The translations under genes were made by a program, and so were the position numbers. The notes under the pieces are model-generated. The model made no database searches. It saw only the letters and a program-made list of their open reading frames with translations, and had not been told where the DNA came from. This document shows positions 13,149 through 25,629 of a stretch of 64,000 nt of DNA, one piece after another. The stretch's first letter is position 1, and every line of letters begins with the position of its first letter. This DNA is from Chromera velia (taxonomy: Eukaryota), in contig JAHBMJ010000444.1 in assembly GCA_018398765.1 (NCBI GenBank), forward strand, positions 1 through 64,000, written 5' to 3'.

Positions 13149-16100
13149 ATTTTCTCTTGCAATTTTCCTGACCAATCGACGTAGTGACTGACTGGCTGGC
13201 TGCCTCTGCAGACTCTGCTTGAGGATGCAAGAGCCGTTGAAGCCGCAGGAGCCAGTTTCCTCGTGTTGGAAAAGGTAGCGGCAGAGGTAGCGCAGGAGAT
13301 CACGAGTTCCCTCTCCATCCCGACAATCGGTATCGGGGCCGGGAACGTGACGGACGGCCAGGTCCTTGTGTGGCATGACGTGTTGGGCCTCTGTCCGCCC
13401 GGATTTCCGAAAATTAAATTCGCCAAAACATTTGGAGGAGAGCCGGGATGGGGGTGGAAGGCCGCACTCCATGCTGTGGAGGAGTATGCAGAAGCAGTCA
13501 CACGAGGGATCTTTCCGGGACAACCTCAGACTTTCTACATGGGAGCTGCAGCACGTGAGGATTTTGAAAAACGCCGAGGAGGCCGACTGCTGCCTCCGGC
13601 GTGTAACCTCAGAGGCGCCGTAGGAGGTTCTGCGTCTTCTCCGGGAGTGACGCCCGTCTCCGGCCAGGGAGACGGATCCACGCCCCCCTGCTCGGAGCCC
13701 TGGCGTCCCCCCTCTACAGCCACAGGACGGCATGCGCAAGCACAGGGGGAATCTGCTCCGTTCGAAAGTGTCGGTTCTCCCTCTCGCATTCATGGAGGGG
13801 TCGGATTGGCCAATGGAGGGGGGACAGGAGGGGTGAGGGCGAATGGGGGGAATGAGATGCTGAGAAATGTGGCTAACGGGGGATCAGCAGGGCCTCCGGT
13901 GATCGTTCCGAATGGGCCCGGGGGAGGGATGTCGTTGGGTTTTCGTCGTGTGGCTGTGGTCGGGTGTGGGAGTTTGGGGAAGTTGGTTGGGTGGAGTATC
14001 GCTGGTGTGACTGGGGTGAAGGTTTCGGTGGTGTGTCGGAGACAAGAACAGGTGGACCGAATTTTGACCAGGGGGGGGATTGAGTGTGAAGACGCGGACG
14101 GAAAGAGCGCAGGGGTGCGGGAGGTGACGGCCGGGGTGGCGTCTGACTTCCATTCTGGTCGGTCTCTCTGATGCTGCATCGATTTTTCCCCCTGTATCGT
14201 TTTGGCTTCGGTGTTGGGAGCTTTCAAGGCACTTGGGTTGCGAGAGTGAATACGAGCTTCTGTGGTAGTTAGAGAAAAATAATTGTTGAAGTGACTTTCT
14301 TGCACATGTGTTTGGATGCAGGAAGCGCTGACCTCGTTGTGGTAGCAGTGAAGAGTTTTGACACCCAGGGAGCAGCAGAGATTGCAGCTCGCCTGTGTGC
14401 TCCTGAGGGGGCCGTTTTGTCGCTGCAGAACGGGTTGAGTCATGTGGGGGTGCTTCGAAAGGCTTTGGCGAAATCCGCCAGGAGTGCAGGGGGGCCCTGT
14501 CTGCTTCTTGGCACGTGCACAGCGGGGGCTGCACCTGGAGCTGCAGACGGAGATGGAAGCGGTGGCGCTGTGGACCCCTCTCGTGTTTCTTTCCGGGGTC
14601 GGGGTCGTTTTGTTGTGGGTCTGATGGGTGATGGAGAGGGTTTTCAAAGAGGGAGGGGGGGGGCGTCGGGTCCTGGTGAGGTGGCAGAGGCAGCAGCTTC
14701 TCTGCTGAGAAGTGCAGAGATGGATGCTGAGGCTGTATCTGAACAGGTGGGCAGGAAAAGAAAAATGGATCAGGGGGGGGGTCTGTGTGTTTGTCGAGAG
14801 GATCAGTGCCTTGCATCTCTTCTCTGCACACATGCCTCTCTCTCACGTAACTCTCTCACTGCTCCCTCCACTCACTCGGCAGCCCGTTGACGGACAAATG
14901 AGCGAGCAATCTGGCGTGTGCCACTTGAAGCTTTCTTTAGTCGTTTCTCTGATCAAGAACGACGGAGAGGGAAATTGTCTTAATCTCTTTCTTTCGAATG
15001 TCTCAACCAATATTTGAGGTACGCTGAGCGCAGATCTCTTGAAAATGTAAAAAGGTACAGGGAAGACCGCCGCTTGCATGAAACACACACGAATTTTTGC
15101 CTTGAACTGTTTGTGCTCATTTTTTCCTGCAGGAAGTTCTGCCTGCTCTTTGGTTGAAGGTGGCAGTCAATGGTAAGTGGACAGGGCAGCGAGGACAGGG
15201 ACAGTCAAGAATAGCGAGCGCCCTCTTCCTTCCCTCCCTCCCTGCATCCCTTCCTCCTTTACCTTCTCCCCTCCTCTACAGATCTGACAAGCATCTTTTT
15301 GCTGGACTCGCACTCACGGGGGGTGCTGTCTTCTCCCAACCGTCCCTCACTTCTCTTTCATCTCTCTTTGTCGAGGTCTGACTCGAAACTCCCCCTCTTC
15401 TTGTCCTTCCCTTTTTCTCTCCCTCAATTGCCTTCCTCTGCTTCTTCACCCGCATGCAGCTGCAATCAATCCCCTGACTGCCCTGATGGGAATCTGCAAT
15501 GGCGGGTTGGAGACTCAGCCTCTTTCAACAGTGGCAGCAGCAATTGCCGAGGAGGTCAGCATCGGGGTGTCTCTCTCTCGCCCCCTTTTTCTTTTTGCTC
15601 TTGTCTTTTTGTCTGTTGACTGTTTCATCGGATCACATCTCTTTCCTTTTTTCTTCTTCATCGGAAGAACTGTATTCATCTTTCTGCATAAAGAAGATGG
15701 ACTCCTTCGGTTCAACAGGCGCTTATCTATGCAACAGCTTTCTTTCAGGACTCACCAGTGCCCTTTCCTTGAGTACGTGCAGGTTCGTGTGGTGGCTCGG
15801 TCGAAGGGAGTGCGGCTGTCGGAAGCCTCCGTGCGGAGCGCGTTGGAGTCCACAATCCGAGGCACAGCGAGAAATCAGTCGTCGATGCTCCAGGATGTAC
15901 AGAGAGGGTGCGTGCGTCGATCCGGCTGTCCCTCTTTCGTTCACGGGGCTGTATGTGAAGTATCAGCTCTCCTCTCTCCTCTCCGACTGACTCTCTCTTC
16001 CGTTCTTGTGTGTTCTCTCTCTGCTTCTCTCTGCAGTAGCCAGTCGGAGGTCAGGGCCATCTGCGGTGCTGTGGCTGAGGAGGCGCGGCGTAACGGCGTG

Positions 16101-16811
16101 GCTGCTCCCCTTTGTTCGCTTCTCTGCCTGATGGTTGAAGGCAAGCTGAAGCTGCAGCAACAACCACAGAGGCAGCAGCAGGAGCAACACTCGAAGAGCA
16201 GCACATACGACGGTTCTTCACCCGCCTGTGTCTCCCACCCGTCTCCTTCGAGCAACGGTCTGCAAGCAAACGGACACGCAGAGTATGTCTCAGCAGGAGC
16301 AAAAGTCTCTCACACTGCACGCACAACGTTGGTTCGTGACCCGAAAAAGCTCACCGCCCTCCGAAAGCAGGTGCCCCCCTCCAGCCGTGTCGTTTTCGTC
16401 CCCTTCCTTGGAGGGCTGCACCACGGTCACCTTGCACTTGTGGAGGATGCTCGAAGGCGGTGCGGGGAGGGTGGGCAGGTCTGGTGCTCGGTCTTCCTCA
16501 ACAGACTCCAATTTCAGTCTGCACAGGTAGGGCCGAAGAGTGTCTTTCGGGTTGAGCACATCTTTTGGCTTCATACGATGATGATGTACATGAACGGGGG
16601 ACCATATTTCTGAACACATCTTAGTTTCAGCTGGTAGAAAGGATCAAGGATTTGTAGAGAGAGGGAAAACATGTGGAGTTGTTAGAGGCGGAGAAACTTG
16701 CTGGCTGTGCCCTTTTTCGTGCGGTGATTCGTCTTGCTCAAATTCATGCTCACATCTGACGACTCACTGAAAGCATTAATTTGGATGGCAGTTGGACATC
16801 ACGTGGAAAGG

Positions 16812-16897
<86 letters not shown>

Positions 16898-18240
16898 GAC
16901 AAGGAGACGCGAGAGAAGCTCCTGCGCACAGAGACGGCAGTGGATCTCCAAGAAGAAAGACAAGTGCTTTGTGGTATTCCCTTTCTTCTTCTCTCCCTCC
17001 TCCTTGTCTGCCCGCATGCAGGACTTCGACACCTACCCGCATGCATTTACTTTCATACAGAACTCTTTTTCATACAGAAAGTAATATGAAAGTAAATGTC
17101 TGCCTGCATGCAGGACTTCGACACCTACCCGATGGATCTGCAGAGGGACGTGCAGATGCTGGAGGAGGCGGGGGTGGACGTTGTCTTTGCGCCCTCGTCA
17201 GAGGGAGTGTACAGCGATAAGGGTATGTGAGGATGGGGCAGTGACTGCTTTCCACATGCTTCTCCTCCCTCTTCTTCTTCTCCTGGAAGTGGGGGTTTGT
17301 CCAACCAATCAATCAATGGATGAGAGGAGAAGGGAGGGTCGGAACAAGCCCAAGCAGAAACGATTTGTTTGGAGGGGGGCGGGTCCGTGAACGCACATAC
17401 CAGCTGCACAGACAAAAAGAAGAAACTGACACGCAGACCGGTCGCAAAATGAAAGAGAATGAATCTGTCGTCGATTCATTGTAGCACCCTGCCCCCGTTT
17501 CTTGTGACTTTTGTCCTCTCATGCTCTCTCTTTCTCCGTTCCGTTCAGATGCGGTTTTTCCTGCGAGAATCGACTTTGAAGGAGTCGAGTCTGTCGGAGG
17601 AGAAGGAAACATGCGTCCTGGATTTTTCAAGGGAGTCGGCACAGTGGTGGGAAAGTTTTTTGCCTGGGTCCGCCCTGACGTCGCGATTTTTGGGCAGAAG
17701 GACTTCCTCCAAACAGTTGTGGTCAAACGACTGGCGAGGGAATTTTTCATCGACACAGAGGTCGGCGTGCAGAAAGAGAGATCTCGATGCAACTCATCCC
17801 TAATTCTCATGTCGACTGAAATAATATCTCGCTCTTCCTTTCTCATCTTTGGGGGCTTTTGATTCCCCTAGCTGCTTCTTTTGTGTCACGATCCTCATAA
17901 ATCGTTTCTTTCTGCATCCGGCCTTTCGTGCGCTTGGATGCGACTTGTGATTCCTTCTGTGCGTCGCATTCGAATGCCTGACTTGCATTGATGTGAATTA
18001 TGGAGTGTAAGTCAAGTCCGTGAGTGTGGAAACTGTGTGTGCAGATTGTTGTTCACGAAACTGTGCGGGAGGAAAGCGGTCTCGCGACAGCATCGAGAAA
18101 CGAGAAGCTCACCAAAGAGGAGAGGTCAGAAAGCAGGAAAAGGGGGGTTTTGGTGTTCAAACTGTAGAACAAAACATATGGATATGCAAGTCGAGAGAGC
18201 TCTCTGCTTACTCTTTCAGCGGTCCGCACTGACACACCCT

Positions 18241-18271
<31 letters not shown>

Positions 18272-18971
18272 ACGCACGCACGCACACGCACACACACTCA
18301 CGCCCGCTCGCAAATCCAAATGGTGGCTGCACTCTCTGCATGGCTTCACTTGTTCCTGTCTACCTCCCCCACTTTCTCTTTCCTTTCCCTCTTCGATTCC
18401 TAAATGCGTGTACGTGTGTGTTCAGACACAAAGCGGCGGGTCTTTTTGCGTCGCTCTCTCTGGTGAAGGATGCGGTTGAGTCGGGTGAAGTCACGTCGGT
18501 CTCCGATCTGATTTCCCTCGGACTGACTGCTCTGAAGAAGCGAGAGATGCACATGGACTACCTGATTCTGTCTGATCTGGAGAGCGGGAGGGAGCTGCAG
18601 GAGGACGAGGAAGTCTGCCCTGGGGCTGCTCTGTGCCTCCATGCAGGTAGGGAGGGGGGGGGGCGATTGCTTAAGCGTCCATTTTGGGAAGAGAGACGTG
18701 GTCGGGGGAGTGACTGGAAGGGGGCCGGTGTGCATATGCATAGACGGTGGGTGTCTTTTTTCACTTTCCCGCCGGTCAGCTTATGTTTGTCGATAGTGCC
18801 AGGATGAGTTACGTATATACCCGGGCTCAGTGTTGCCACTGAAGAACACTGCCATACATACACATTTGTGCAGGGGGGAGTGTGAAGGTCTCCAAGCCGG
18901 TGCTGCTTCCATCCGGAACGCCGAGGGAGAGGGTGCGGCTTGTGGACAACGTCGTCATTCGGGTGCCGTGA
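11014..18971 (+). CDS. panB-panE-panC: Trifunctional pantothenate biosynthesis protein: ketopantoate hydroxymethyltransferase + ketopantoate reductase + pantoate-beta-alanine ligase (~1132 aa). Exons 11014-11176, 11527-11565, 11709-11776, 12024-12079, 12439-12571, 12804-12902, 13212-14157, 14322-14746, 15133-15172, 15460-15554, 15783-15907, 16037-16526, 17114-17222, 17549-17760, 18045-18124, 18426-18646, 18874-18971
   Basis: PanB motifs: [58 protein letters not shown]. PanE motifs: [49 protein letters not shown]. PanC motifs: [55 protein letters not shown]. The exons sum to 3399 nt in one frame, and both domain junctions lie inside single exons. Confidence 0.93.
17005..17131. repeat. 35-bp direct duplication of an intron/exon junction enclosing a 14-bp inverted repeat
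   Basis: TGTCTGCC(C/T)GCATGCAGGACTTCGACACCTACCCG occurs at 17005-17039 and 17097-17131. CATTTACTTTCATA (17044-17057) is the reverse complement of TATGAAAGTAAATG (17085-17098). Confidence 0.9.
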
Positions 18972-18972
18972 A

Positions 18973-19031
18973 NNNNNNNNNNNNNNNNNNNNNNNNNNNN
19001 NNNNNNNNNNNNNNNNNNNNNNNNNNNNNNN
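18973..19031. other. Assembly gap (N run)
   Basis: Run of N next to a poly-G tract, just after the pan gene stop codon. Confidence 0.99.
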
Positions 19032-19998
19032 NGGGGGGGGGGGGGAATGGATTGAGGCAAAAGATCGAGGAAGGCAGATTTCGTTCTTGCCGATATGTGC
19101 TCGTCTCTCAAAATACAGATGAACGTACAGATGGGTGGATCATGAGGGATCCTCCCTCATTAGATACGTGCCAGAGCCCGCATGCAGTCCTTAGCAGGGC
19201 TTGACAGCTAGCGCGTTTCCTTTTCCGGTAACGCATCGATCCGGCCAGCTGTTGCATATTAAGCCGCACAAGCAGGCAACCAAACGGAATGATTATTCAA
19301 GTTGAACAGGGACAAATTTCCGCATGGCCGTCAAAGCACTTGTGCCCCGAGCATGGCCTCCTCTCCTGATTATGTTCCTGAGTATGGACCAACCCGAGGA
19401 GGGTGTGCAGCTTGACAGGTTTAGACATCAAGGTACCTCATCTACATGCAGGATTGCACGAATACATACTTCCCAAGTGTTTTTGTCCGAGTCGTTGCAT
19501 CGTTGAGGAATCGTTGAGGGACGCTTCCTGCACACTTGCCTTTTCTACATTCAGATTGCAGAAACGGATATAGAAAAACGTTTTCTCACATGCTTGGTGC
19601 GACTGAGTTGATTACATAGTATTGTATATCTGCAGTGGCAGCGCAACTTGGATTGACGCTGCGCGAGATGCTACGCAAAATACTTTGTTAAGAGTCTGCT
19701 TATTTTTATAGCTAGTCTTCTGGAGAAACAGCAATTTCTTTATTAAACGATTTATTTAGCAATTCATTATGATTTATATCATTTGATACTATAGTGGTTC
19801 AAGTTGCTAACTAATATACAATCGCAGATACCACGGCCTAAAACATATACAGCATAGCCGTCTTCCAAAGTAAAAAATTAAAAAGCATGATGACCGTCAG
19901 ATGACGGTACTACTATGGTCTAAATATACTTTGCAATGTGACTCTGTATCAAAAAAAAACACTGTCAATTGTCTGTATGATTGATATGTTCAACTTTA

Positions 19999-20750
19999 GG
20001 GCACCGCTATCCGAGTCAGGTGAAGTGGGTTGGATGGAAGACCCCCACCTGGGAGCCAGCACTGGCAGCTTTGATGAAGAACCATATCTCTCGAGAGATT
20101 GAAGCTTTTGATCTGAAGTGATGATTAAAGCAGTATACTAGGCAGTATAGCATGGCGTCCTAAAAAATAATAATGAAAGAGAACGTGACGGGGGTATTCG
20201 AATGCCCTCTCTGCACACAAACTTTTGTAAGTGAGTGGTTATGACTGAGGGGTAGGAAGTACTTAGCAAATGCCAAAGAAGGCACTCAGATGGAGGAGCG
20301 TTAAGTATGAGGTCGCATGAGAGAGAGAGCTAGTAGCGAGAGCAGTAACCAGGACAGAAGGAAGAGATGAAAGACGTATAGGCCAGACGCTAGGAACAAA
20401 CTTTAAGTCAATGCCCCCTCAGTGAGTGGGAATGCCGGGTGCATCAATCATAGAAAGCACACAAAGGCAGCCTGACCCCCCAGACCACCCTAAAGAGGAA
20501 GAAAAAAAGAGAAGTGAGGGGCAGTATGGTGTTAGGATATGAAGTGGAAAAGATTTTGGACCGAGTTGTCTGCGGAAGAGGGCACCGCTATCAGGTGAAG
20601 TGGGTTGAATATGGTTGGATGGAAGACCCTCACCTAGGAGCCACGAGCTTTGATGAAGAATCATGCTTCTCGAGAGATTGAAGCTTTTGATCAGTAAATT
20701 TGATCTGAAGTGTTGATTAAGGCAGTACAGCGTGGCGTCCTAGAAAATAA
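19999..20750 (+). repeat. Diverged ~170-bp direct repeat pair (19999-20170 and 20580-20750), probably the ends of another interspersed element
   Basis: Both copies read GGGCACCGCTATC...GGTGAAGTGGGTTG...CTCGAGAGATTGAAGCTTTTGATC...GGCGTCCTA(A/G)AAAATAA. Confidence 0.8.
20239..20420 (+). mobile_element. 5'-truncated copy (~180 bp) of the CRE-like element with 9-bp TSD
   Basis: It matches ~2787-2969 with 9 substitutions and is flanked by AGTGAGTGG at 20230-20238 and 20421-20429. Confidence 0.85.
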
Positions 20751-23700
20751 CAACTTTTTCCTGCTTAATTAACCGGCCCTAATATTAGAAATATCCAGCT
20801 AGCTCTGGATATGGATAACGCTAGAAATAACGACGGCACGTACGTCATAGTCTTGTCACCGACCTAGTCACGGACTTACCGTATCATTGAGTGTATTGTA
20901 ACACTTACCAAGAGGTGTATAAGAGATGAACAACACTTGTATGTACCACAGTTGAGGCAATAGTGAATATACAATACAATACAAATGCATGACTTTTGCT
21001 AGGACTTTTGTATGTGTATGACTTTTATATTATAAATCAAGGTCCGCCGGCTGCGCCTAGTAGCGGACGGCGAAGCCTAGGGCGAGGCTATCCAGGACTA
21101 TCTGGGAAGGATCAAACTAAAGGCTTATGAGGCTAGTTATGATAAAATAAATCAATCATGCAATCAATGAATCAACCTGGAACAATAAATCAACGTTTGC
21201 CGCTTTGTTTTTCTTGTTCGCTTTCTCTTATTGGACTTCTCCAGAATAAAATGGGACACGAAGGGAGCCCACAAGTAGTACAGAGGTTTTTTTTCTATCT
21301 TTCTCCTCCAGGAAAATTGCTAGGAAAATGGATAGACTTATGAACCCAAGTTCTGCAGAACAAGAATAAAGGCTGACGGCAATTTGAAACCTTTCTTCTT
21401 TCTACAAACCTTAAATTCTTTTTTTTTTTTCTTTCTTTCTTTGTCTACAGAAAAAAGGGAGACAAGAAGGGATCCAATAAGAAGTAAGGAGGCCGGTTTT
21501 TCATCACTGCTTTCGCCCTCAGTAAACGAAAAATCAAATTGCAGACTCCTTTTTCTGGTAGGCACGGCTGAGGTGCCCCCTTTCTTCTTTTTCTTCTCCT
21601 TCTTCTCCTTCTTCTTCTTTTTCTTTTTCTTTTTTTTCTTCCCTAGAAGTTCCTTCTATTGTTTTCTTTTGTTTCTTTTTGTTTTATCTTTCTCTTTCAT
21701 CACTCATTCTTATGAACGGAACATTTTATTGTAGCCAAACGGAGTCACCCGATCGATTGATTAATAAACAAGCAATTAAACCGTAGTTCGTGAGTATCGA
21801 TCCTTTGCGAATGCCAGTGGCTGAAACTTAAAGCCTGAAAGAGCAGATTGACAGTCGGCTCTGGTTGATAAAGCATCAAAAGTTGCGGTACTCCCCTTGC
21901 ACTATGTTTACAGTGTATCAGCTAGTGTATCAAGTATGCTGTGCGGGCCCCCAGGGAAGGATCTGAAATAATTATTAATATCCCGGGCCCTGTTAGCGGT
22001 GGTAACATTTTGACATAGTGGGAAGGCCTAGCGTGGAACGAATCAATCAAAACATTAATCCTATTTTATCTTAACCTTAATATCCTAAACAATGATTCTA
22101 GTAATGATTGTTAATTTGATTTTAAAAAATGAATTATAGTACAAAGACCTAGGGTCCTAAACAAAAACTAGTATAACTAATTATATAAAAAGCTAATTCT
22201 TTAATTAAAGCTTATAAAGAATATAGTTATAATAAAGTTAAAACTTTGTTACCTTAATATAGATATGTGAAAAAAGACTAGAGTATTTATATTATGTTTT
22301 GTCTTAGCTATCAAAATAAGCGAAATAATTAGCTGTTGAATTGTTTTGTTGCCGTCGCATGCCCAAAGCCCGACAGCGCGAACTATGCCCGTCCTAAGTC
22401 GACCAACCAGATTCTCCTCGCTTCTGATCTAGAAGTCGACCGTCGGACCGAAATGATCATCCACCACATGATCGAGCGACACGACCAGTCAGTCGCCAAG
22501 ATTGAACGAAGGACGGTCGGCCGAAACGATCTTTCCCTTCTCTTTCTTTTCTCGACAGAGAGAAAGAACCGACCAACCGAAGAAAGGGGGTCTAACGGAA
22601 ACACGAGGAGAGAGTTCGCAGACGAACCAAAGCCCCCCCTCGCCAGACCCCCGCCCATGTGAGTGAATGAGTGAGTGCGTCCTGTGGACCCACCCATGAG
22701 TCACCCACGCACGCAGCCAACGTCCCGCCGTCCGCAGACGTCACGAGTCCGTCAAGAAGCGCGTTGACCAACACACCTCAGACATTGCCATTTTGCCCGC
22801 CTGTTGGCAGAGAGCAAAACAGAGAAAGAGTGAATGAATGGATGAAAAGGTGAGGGACTGTGTATGGAGTTGGTGGAGGAGAGGGAACGATTCAAATGAA
22901 GCAGGGAAGGCGAACACACCACCCCCGACGAAACCATTCAATACAGTGCTCTGATGCATGATCCAACCGTCGACCGTCCAAATTGCCTCTCGATCCGAAC
23001 GTGACACGCACACACTCACAGAGATTCAATCGACTTCGATCGAATGACGCGATGTGTCTTCCTTTCTTTGTTGGGTTGAGCCACACCCCCGTTCCCTTTC
23101 CCTCATGTTCTTTCATCTCTCGATCGAGCCCTGTACGTTCGTATGTGACTGACCCCCCTTTCCCTTTTCGCATTCTTTTCAACGAGTCGACAGGCAAACT
23201 TGTTTGACTCACCGATTCACAACAAGATCGGAGTAAAGATTGATTGATCGAGCACGGATGCACGGCGCGCGGGAGAGGCGGAGAATGGAGCAGGGAGGGC
23301 ATAAACCAGCGTGCGTTGGAGGGACGTGGAAGGAAGGAAGATAGCAAGTAAGAAGAAAGCGAGGAAGACATGAAGCAATGAACTCCTGAGAGGAAGGGGA
23401 AAAAACGCACGAGACGGGAAGGAGCTGAGTGAAGAGAAGAGGGAGAGAAGACAAAGGATTCTTCAGAGGAAAAGGGAGAGAAGCAGGTAGCTAGAGACAG
23501 ATAGAAAGATAGCAGCGAAAGACACGCGGGTGGGGGGGTGTTTTTATGTTTCTGTTTGTGTGTGTCCCAAATCCCTCTGTCGATTTTTTTTCTTTCGGTC
23601 TACTGCGTGGGTGCGATACTGAGCTGACTGTCTTCAGCTTGGGTCTGGATTTCTCTCTTCTCTTGAGGGACTTTCTTGACTGACTTGCTTGCGATATTTT

Positions 23701-25174
23701 TGGGATTGCCTTTTCTTCACCCCACCCATCCTTGTCTTCGTCATTCTCCAAAGCTGTCTGTCCTTCGGACAGCCATTCATTTTTTCTTTCTTTCTGGTCA
23801 ATTGAAGGGAACTAGTGGCGGAAGAGATGGTGAGTGGAGGGGAACGAAGGGAAAAAGAGGGAAGGGGATAGGCGTAGCGACGAGATCATCTTTCCACGAG
23901 AGGCGGGCGCCGTGTCATGGTCTCCACCGGCTGTGTTTGTTTTGTTTTTTTCCCTGGTTCTTTTCTTTCTTCGTCTTTTCGTCTGTATCCAATTTTTTTC
24001 AATGCATTCACGAAGAGATGATGAGTAGAAGAGAGAAGAGAAAGACGGGAGTGAGTGAAGGTTAAGGTCACAAGACTTGGAGGGGTAGAAGAACGTCATT
24101 GACCGATGGTGAGCGCTGAGAGAGACGAGGACGCGCAGACAGGTCGCCGGCTGCTCATCGCTTTGACGGTGTCGTATCTGTGTCTCTGCACATTCATTCG
24201 GTCGATCGTCTCGTCGCATTCATCCGAGTGCTTGCTGCCTGCCAGAACGGCTTTTCATCTCTTTTCTGTCATTTTTCCCTCTGCGTTGTTTTGTTCCGTT
24301 CCGCTCTGTATGCTGGAGCATCCTTCGTGTTTCGACAGTCAGTTGAATCAAGCAGACTAATGAGAGACGAGCGAGACCAAAAGAAAGAGCTGAGCCGAAC
24401 GAGCAACGTATTGAAAAGGGTTTTCTGTGGGAGGAAAGTGGATGGGAACAAATGGAATGACAAGTTCATTTCCCAACATCAGAAAGAACACAGACAGAGA
24501 GAAAAGTTGAAAAAAGTCATAGAGATAAAAGAAGAAAGGAAGGTCTGGCGGGACCTTCAAAGAGAGGAAAGAGATAGAGAGAAGAGGGTGAGACAGAGTG
24601 ACACGCGGTTACGGACAGGGGGGAAAGCAAGGAGTGGCGTTGACAGGCTGACAGATCGAACCAGTCAATCAAATGTTTCGAGCCAGCATTGCCTGAAGAA
24701 AGAAAGGAAACAAGGAAGGAAGAAAGGCTCGCACAATATTGCTTTGCTTTCTCTCTAACTGTCTTTTCTCCTACGTTACCGAACTCAGTTGAGGAGTCTT
24801 TGTTTTTTCTTCTTTTCGTCTTGATGTCTGTATTCTCCTGGTCTCTGTTTCTTCCGACTTGAATGGACGCACAACACAACAAGACACCCTCATGAGCCTG
24901 TACGCAAAGGGTGCTGAATGTGTACGCCATACAAAAGAAAAAGGGGAAGAAGGCAGGTGCATTTATTTGGTGACTCTACACACACAGACATTTGTTGTCT
25001 CTTTCTCCATCCGGTCTGTACCGATCTACTCATGCGACTTTTCTTTTCTCTGTTTTTCGGTCTCTCTGTCCTTTAAAAAGGCCAGCAGGCACACACACAA
25101 AGGAGGAATGACAGGTCAATGGATGTTTCCTTCCGGCTTGGAAGGGAAGGGGGCGACGGAAGGGGGAGGGGAGG

Positions 25175-25209
<35 letters not shown>

Positions 25210-25629
25210 GTGAAAGAAGTACGTAGTGGGGGGCCTTTTTTGGACTGTTTTCTTTCTTTCTTTTTCTCTTCTCTTATTGTGCGACGCACACACGAAGCAA
25301 AGACAACAGACAGACACGCTGATGTAGTAGTCAAGCATACAACCACGCAATGCGTCTCATCGACAAACAAGGCATTCGAGACATACAGGGCGACAGACAG
25401 AACAGCTCGGGCTACGGCCGGCAGAGGCCCTCTCTTCACTTCTCTTTCTTTCTTCTCTCTCTGCATTCTCTGCTCTTCAAGAAAGAAGGAAAGAACAGAA
25501 AGAACTTCGATCAGCAACATCTCTCTGAGCAAAGAAGAAAAGAAGAAAAATGATAAATGAAAAAAAGTCCCCTTCCCCGCTGCCTCCCCTGCCCTTCCTC
25601 TGCAGCCTCAGAGAGGAACACGGTCCCCT

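Noticed and set aside
13790..14846. Long minus-strand ORFs (347 and 320 aa)
   Set aside because: They are antisense shadows of GC-rich pan exons.
11014..18971. Bacterial-style panB/panE/panC operon or contamination
   Set aside because: The locus has sixteen spliceosomal introns and no stop codons between domains, so it is a single eukaryotic gene.
25160..25210. Poly-G tract as a functional G-quadruplex
   Set aside because: G/C homopolymers are frequent throughout the window and nothing marks this one as functional.
22336..25560. Many short ORFs downstream of 14-3-3
   Set aside because: Low complexity, with no coherent exon chain or domain; probably 3' UTR or intergenic.
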